A stretch of 64,000 bases of DNA from Lingula anatina (taxonomy: Eukaryota; Animalia; Brachiopoda): contig CM120642.1 of the NCBI GenBank assembly GCA_051362555.1, positions 8,990,001 through 9,054,000 on the forward strand, written 5' to 3'. The position numbers were made by a program, and so were the translations under genes. Below are positions 58,215-64,000 of this stretch, in pieces (position 1 is the stretch's first letter; each line of letters starts with the position of its first letter). Below the pieces are notes generated by a model, which saw only the letters and a program-made list of their open reading frames with translations, was not told the origin of the DNA and did no database searches.

Positions 58215-60910
58215 ATGACGACAGACAGTAATTTAGACGGGTGGGAGAGCCGTCTTCTTGTTTTTGACCGTTCTGGCAGCGGATTGGTGCACTCGTTTGT
58301 CTTGGACCAATCATGTGCGTCGTTTAAAGACAACTCGGCGATCACCGAGTCCTGGGTACAAACCAAGAGTTTTGTAGATTTTGCAGTGGTATCTCATGAG
58401 AATAAACTGTACATAACGGGAGGCTATAACACTGATGTAAGAAGACACACCAAGAGAGTTTTAAGGTAACGCAGCAAGGCATTGCGCAACTTGGACAGGC
58501 TTTTAATTGCTTTTTAAATGAGTAACCAATTGAAAAATCAATTCTCATTTTCAGCCCATTTTAATGTTGCCTTTGGAAAACTTAGCGCAAGAACTCAACC
58601 TTAATTTGGTAGCTAATAAATCTCAGCGCTTATACACTGTAATAGTACATGTAATGTCACGCAAAATGTATTTCTCATAACGTTCTAGGTTATTGAACAG
58701 TTAAACGTAGGGTTACATGTATATAAAGTTTATGGGAAACATTTATCAAATCAATTGGTCCAAAAAGCATCTAAGTTAAATTTATATTCAGATACGACCC
58801 TGTGCTCGACGAGTGGTCGGAAAACTTCCCACCGATGCTCAAGTCTAGGTGCATGCACCAGGCGCTCGTGTTTGACGACAGGATTCACGTTATAGGTACG
58901 GCTTGAAACTCGGGTTGACGTGTATTCACTTTGAATGAGCGTCTGCTGTTTAAACGGTATTTTGTATTTTTTTTTTCTTAGCGCACTAACAAACATGTAA
59001 ATGCAAGTATTTATATTCAGTATGTGCATTTAAGTGTCCAGATAACTATAATATAAGTTTTCTATTCTGCATCAAAATGCGCATTCCAGCATGCTTGTGT
59101 CCCTGTAAAGCCTTTAATCAATGCGGTTATTAGGAGAAAATTTTCATTCTGAACTGTAGGTGGCAGAGAAAAAACGGACGGCAGGACGACGTCCTGCTGT
59201 GACGTATACCAGCCTGGGGCCGAGACGTGGGAAAAAGGGTCCGGCCTCATAGGACCACGTGCTAACCACGCATGCGCCACAATGGGCCAGGAGATGTACT
59301 GCTCAGGGGGATGGAATAATGACGTGCCACACGAAAATATGTGGTATGTCATTTAATTCAGATTCAATCCAGATTTCAAATGTGAACAATTCTAAAATCG
59401 CTAAAAATAACAAAGCACTATTCTGTAAATTTTTTACGATTTTACGAATAATTTTTTTCGAATGTCTTTACAAAAATCTTAGGCAGCGAATTGATTTTGA
59501 AACCCAAGGCATCACTCTTTACTCTGGTAACCCTATGATGCGTGTGGAGCCGATTTCTGTTCTTTGGCACCGGTGGAACAGATCTGAACTTATGTGTGTT
59601 AATTTGGATTATTCAGGGTTTATGAACGCGACAAGTGGAGACAGATGGACCATGACTGCCCACCGAAACTGACACAGAATTTAGAAAGGCACTGCATGGT
59701 GGGGGTGGATGGGATATTATACTTTATTGGAGGTCTGTAAAGATTTCGCTTTCCTAGTCTTCGTTTATATAACACTTGAATTATGTATTATAACCATTTC
59801 AACTAATTGTATGATTTCATAAGCTTTATTCAGCATACCTACTTGTATAGTAGTATTATACTCTGAAAGCTCTGGCCGTTACATGTACATATACAGGTAC
59901 TGGGTTCTGTTAAATGTGTTCTTAAGTCTTTCATAGTTTTAAAAATTTCTTCCCTGAACTGAATTTAAAGGCACAGCATACATAACTACATGTACATAGT
60001 TTAATTTGTGGCTTATAGTGGCGGGCATATTTCACGAAGGAATGCCATTGTATCAGAGAAGCAGGAATGGAACACCTGTCGCAATTTTAACAAAGCCATG
60101 CATAAACATACGAAATTAACCGATCTTTAATGAAGGTAATCTTTGTGAGGAGTGGGATAAGGGAAAAAGGGATTTTCTACATATAGTTGTCCACTGTAGA
60201 ATTCACTTACATTAAAATCATGGTATTTATGCAGAACTTTGCAATTTACATAGGCATCACCTACAGCCGAGGGCAGGATGACAAGTTATCGAAGAAGACA
60301 TTGTCTACAGTGGAAGCATTCAAATTCAGGATGCCCTACTCAGAGCTGAGCGCCGTGGATATGATCACGCCGTGGGTGCGCAATCTACCGCCCATGACGT
60401 ATCCAAGACACAGCGCGGCCTCCTTGGTGCTTGGTAAGTGACGGACAATCTGTGTTGCAATAGGAAAAGGATCTGCAGTTTTCTCGTATTTCTTTTATTT
60501 ATTTATTTATTTATTTATCTATTGTGACACCGGTATAAGTTGTATGAGTCGTCTTATCGATATGGCACCATAGCAAGAACAGGAATATGACATGTACGTG
60601 TTGATTGACTCAATTTCTCTATAAACGGCGTGTTTAATAGTCTTTAGTACACATTTTTTTCGTATGTTTTACCAACTGCTTATCCATGCCTTGATCTTAC
60701 AGGAAAGAAGATTTTCATGATTGGCGGTAGCGACACAGAGACTAATGAAGAGGTAAAAACAGTGGAGGCGTTCGACCTGGAAAATAACACTTGGGAGCAA
60801 GTCTTCACACTTAAGCCAGGTACGGGATCTGGGTATTTATACACAACCTAGTAATGCATTTTTAACTATTTAATTCTGTACAGATTAATTGCCTAACAGT
60901 GTAAGGAACT

Positions 60911-60942
<32 letters not shown>

Positions 60943-61224
60943 TTTGTTTGTTTGTTTGTTTTTGTTTGTTTGTTTTGTTTTTTATTATTCTTATGTGAGA
61001 TGAGTGACGCAAATTGTATATATTTTTTCGAGGAAAGGAAGGCTCAACAAAATCATGACTTGTAGATATAACGTTCAGTTTTATGTTTTACAGTAAAAAG
61101 ATGTTTATTTTCAGATGGATTTTCTAATGTCACGTGTGCCATACTGAAATTCCCTCCAGAACCGGAACCACCTGATCCTTACGCAGGCGTAAAGAAGCTC
61201 ACAGAAAGATGGGTTCTTTGGTAA
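58215..61224 (+). CDS. Kelch-repeat beta-propeller protein with no visible BTB/BACK domain, eight coding exons
   Basis: Exons 58215-58465, 58792-58895, 59160-59343, 59617-59732, 60254-60433, 60703-60819 and 61115-61224 (seven traced) join in frame. They give kelch repeats KLYITGG...YDPVLDEW, RIHVIGG, EMYCSGG, ILYFIGG and KIFMIGG...FDLENNTW. Additional upstream exons (e.g. about 57715-57792) are unresolved. Confidence 0.88.
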
Positions 61225-62565
61225 AAAGAGACTCCTACAGTGTAGATAGTGGCAGACGATGCTGCCTTTCTGTTGAACTTAATTGGAATATTAAACACAT
61301 AAATTGCTCCAATTAATATATAAGATTATTTTCATATTGAAAAATAATATATATGTATGTAATGTGTGCCACGTATATTTATTCATGTATTTACCCGCAT
61401 TCAGAAATAAAAGAGGAGTAAGATTAAATGTCAGTATTTCTGGTGCCTGAAATAACGCCAAATTTGAAAATAAGTATTAATTAGCAAACACATACTGTTT
61501 GCTGTAATTCTGCTCACGGGTATCGTTTTTCTTTATGTTTTTACATTAAATGTGGAATAATAATTGATTTTCTTTGTTAAATGGTTATCATATTGAACGT
61601 GAATAAACATTAATAATATTTTTCCATTAAACTGAGACATTGCCTTATCCTTCGTATTGCTGGTCCAATCTTTTTTGTATGCAGCAACTTTGTATATACT
61701 CGGTATGAAATGCTAGTAATATTTCTTTACAAGTTAATGGCCTATGCTCTATTCTCTGGTGTGGCCCATTTCCGTAATATACACCATAACGTTTGTGAAT
61801 ATTACAACATTCAATATACACATAGACAAAAACAATTTCTTTATCATTAAGCTTATAAGCTACTAGTCATACGGACCTGCACTTAATATATCATTGATAA
61901 CTCGAGACCTTAAGCCAACCTAACCCTCTCCCTGAGTGCAAGCTTGATTTAATGCATGGTTTATCCCTTAATCGGAATATAAAATGCTTTGTGAGACCCT
62001 AAGTGCTTTTTAAATAAAACGATATTATTTACCTGGGGACGAGTTTTCAATAACCGGTCACCAAAGTTGAAAAGAACTATGTTTTCACTGTGATTTACTG
62101 TGTTGGTTTTAGACCCGGTCGCAAGTGGATTATATTCAAACCTTTTCTTCTCCGTGAAAGATTTTGTAACAACAAGGGAATTAGCGCTTTTCATGTGCCC
62201 TTCGCTGTGCGATGAAAAACATTGTGTCCACAATGTTTATTTCAGAGACTTGTTAAGAATGACTCGAGGCATTTTCTTTGTATTACTGCAATGTTTACTG
62301 TGGAGAGGTGGTTACAGACCTACACCATTCATGTTGTGACGAAAACTGAAGATACTGAACTCAAATAACGTACAAATTTAATCACTGATATTATTATATA
62401 TTTAACGTAAAACACATGGTCTAAACGAGCCGAGAATCAGAGGATTATTCGGAAACACGAAATCCGCTACCTATGAAGTCGAACGGGTAAATTTGAATAC
62501 GATTTCGTGAATGAATTTGAATGAAGTTTGACAAATGACGTTGGAGCCGGCTAACTGTCAGAGAA

Positions 62566-62980
62566 ATGTCCAAGCAAACGGAAGCCAAGTTGCTGGGATT
62601 CAGCAAGGATTTCATCAAAAGTAAGTATGACGTAATTCGCCAAAGCGTTAGAGGAATTCCAGCTGGAATGACACATATACAACTTGCCACTATATGCACT
62701 TGGGTCTGAGGTATTAATATTGAGCACTTTCTCATAAACTACAGGTATTGAAGAAATGTGCCATAAGAGAGACAGCCTTCACAAGGAAATCGTGGCCACA
62801 CAGAAGGAGCAGAGAAATATCCAGAGAGACATTGGAGTACTGACGGAGAAACTGTCTCAGATCAGTCAAAGTATGGCGAAAAGAATGGCGGAGAGAAATG
62901 CATATGACAGGACGATACAGGAGACCGAAATAGAATATAAAAGGGTTGGTTGATGAAGTATCTCTCTCTCTCTCTTTTTT

Positions 62981-63025
<45 letters not shown>

Positions 63026-63273
63026 TTTAAAAGGATTCGGAATGCTACCGAAAATTACTCCAGCTGTTAGGAAAGCAAATAGGTTAATTTAAAATGAGGA
63101 TAATCTCTACACCTTTCTTATAATACACATAAAACCATGCATTTATTATCTCTTTCTTTTTTCAGATAAGAGAAATCTTGCTAAATCCCTTGGCGTACAG
63201 GGAACGACAACTACGAGAAAAACGAGAAGAGAAAATTAACGAGCAGGCGCAAGAGCAGGCTAAAAAGACATGA
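62566..63273 (+). CDS. SSNA1: SSNA1/NA14/DIP13-like microtubule-associated coiled-coil protein (divergent), three exons
   Basis: Exons 62566-62620, 62745-62944 and 63166-63273 read MSKQTEAKLLGFSKDFIKSIEEMCHKRDSLHKEI...LTEKLSQISQSMAKRMAERNAYDRTIQETEIEYKRI. This aligns with the SSNA1 IEELCQKR...LTEKL...RNEFDRTIAETEAAY pattern. May be a paralog. Confidence 0.8.
62962..63025. repeat. (CT)n microsatellite in SSNA1-like intron 2
   Basis: Direct reading. Confidence 0.9.
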
Positions 63274-64000
63274 AATGAGTGATGACATGTTTTCTTCAAG
63301 TTAAAGTCAATACCGCAAATGAATGTACGGTTGGTGCTATTTGTCCTGTACCTTTTCTGATGGCTCCATTTCAACTGAGACACACATGTTGGTGGATATT
63401 TACACTTGCTTATAAAATCATGTCAGATTTAAATCTGCCGGATAAGGTTATGGTTGTAAAACTGACAAAACAAGAAGGTTGCTGTTTTACATTCCAAGTA
63501 TATAATGTGGTAGTAGTACATTGTAGTCAAATGCAAAATGCAATATGATGATGAACACATGAGGCTTTATATATATATAATTTTACATTTATTGGTAATA
63601 TAATGCAATTTTAATTTCAGGCGCTATTTTTGTCACTTATATAAATATTAAACGAATGCTTCATGTAAAATAATGTCATCCAATATGAGTGTATTTACTT
63701 AATTGTTTGTCATCGTTGAATAGTTCTTCAATATCTGGTGTATGAAAATATTATATTGACATCCACAATACCAAAGACGAATATATGCATGTACTAGTAG
63801 AATGCAATTATGCCAGACAATAAAACGTTTTTCATAAGTTCATTAAAAACGATTTCAATAAACCTTAACAATATTGTTTTTCTTTTTGTTTGTTAACAGT
63901 AATGACTTAAAGAAAATAATCTTGAAAGATAAGTGAAAGCGAAAAAGTAATGAGTTTGATTTATTGGTGTTATTTAATGAACAAATAAAAAGAAAGACCC

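Overview
AT-rich, intron-containing animal genomic DNA (marine-invertebrate-like; species not determinable here), not prokaryotic. From 1 to about 21 kb it is a decaying accessory region. It holds three degenerate P-element/THAP9-like transposase copies interleaved with pseudogene fragments of an uncharacterised intronless membrane-anchored DxD-type (glycosyltransferase-like) family, a decayed but fully bounded Tc1 element, and two intact members of that family (14281-15555, 19341-20585). From about 23 kb to the end there are six spliced genes reconstructed by hand: RABGGTB (+), MORN5 (-), a CREG-family gene (+), DTHD1-like (-), a BTB-less kelch-repeat gene (+) and a divergent SSNA1-like gene (+). 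Between them are a young 5'-truncated Penelope-like retroelement (RT + GIY-YIG) with perfect 140-bp inverted pLTRs carrying a minimal hammerhead ribozyme motif, a Gypsy RT relic, several MITE families (some nested) and microsatellites. No CRISPR array, rRNA or convincing tRNA was seen. All family assignments come from motif recognition, not database searches.
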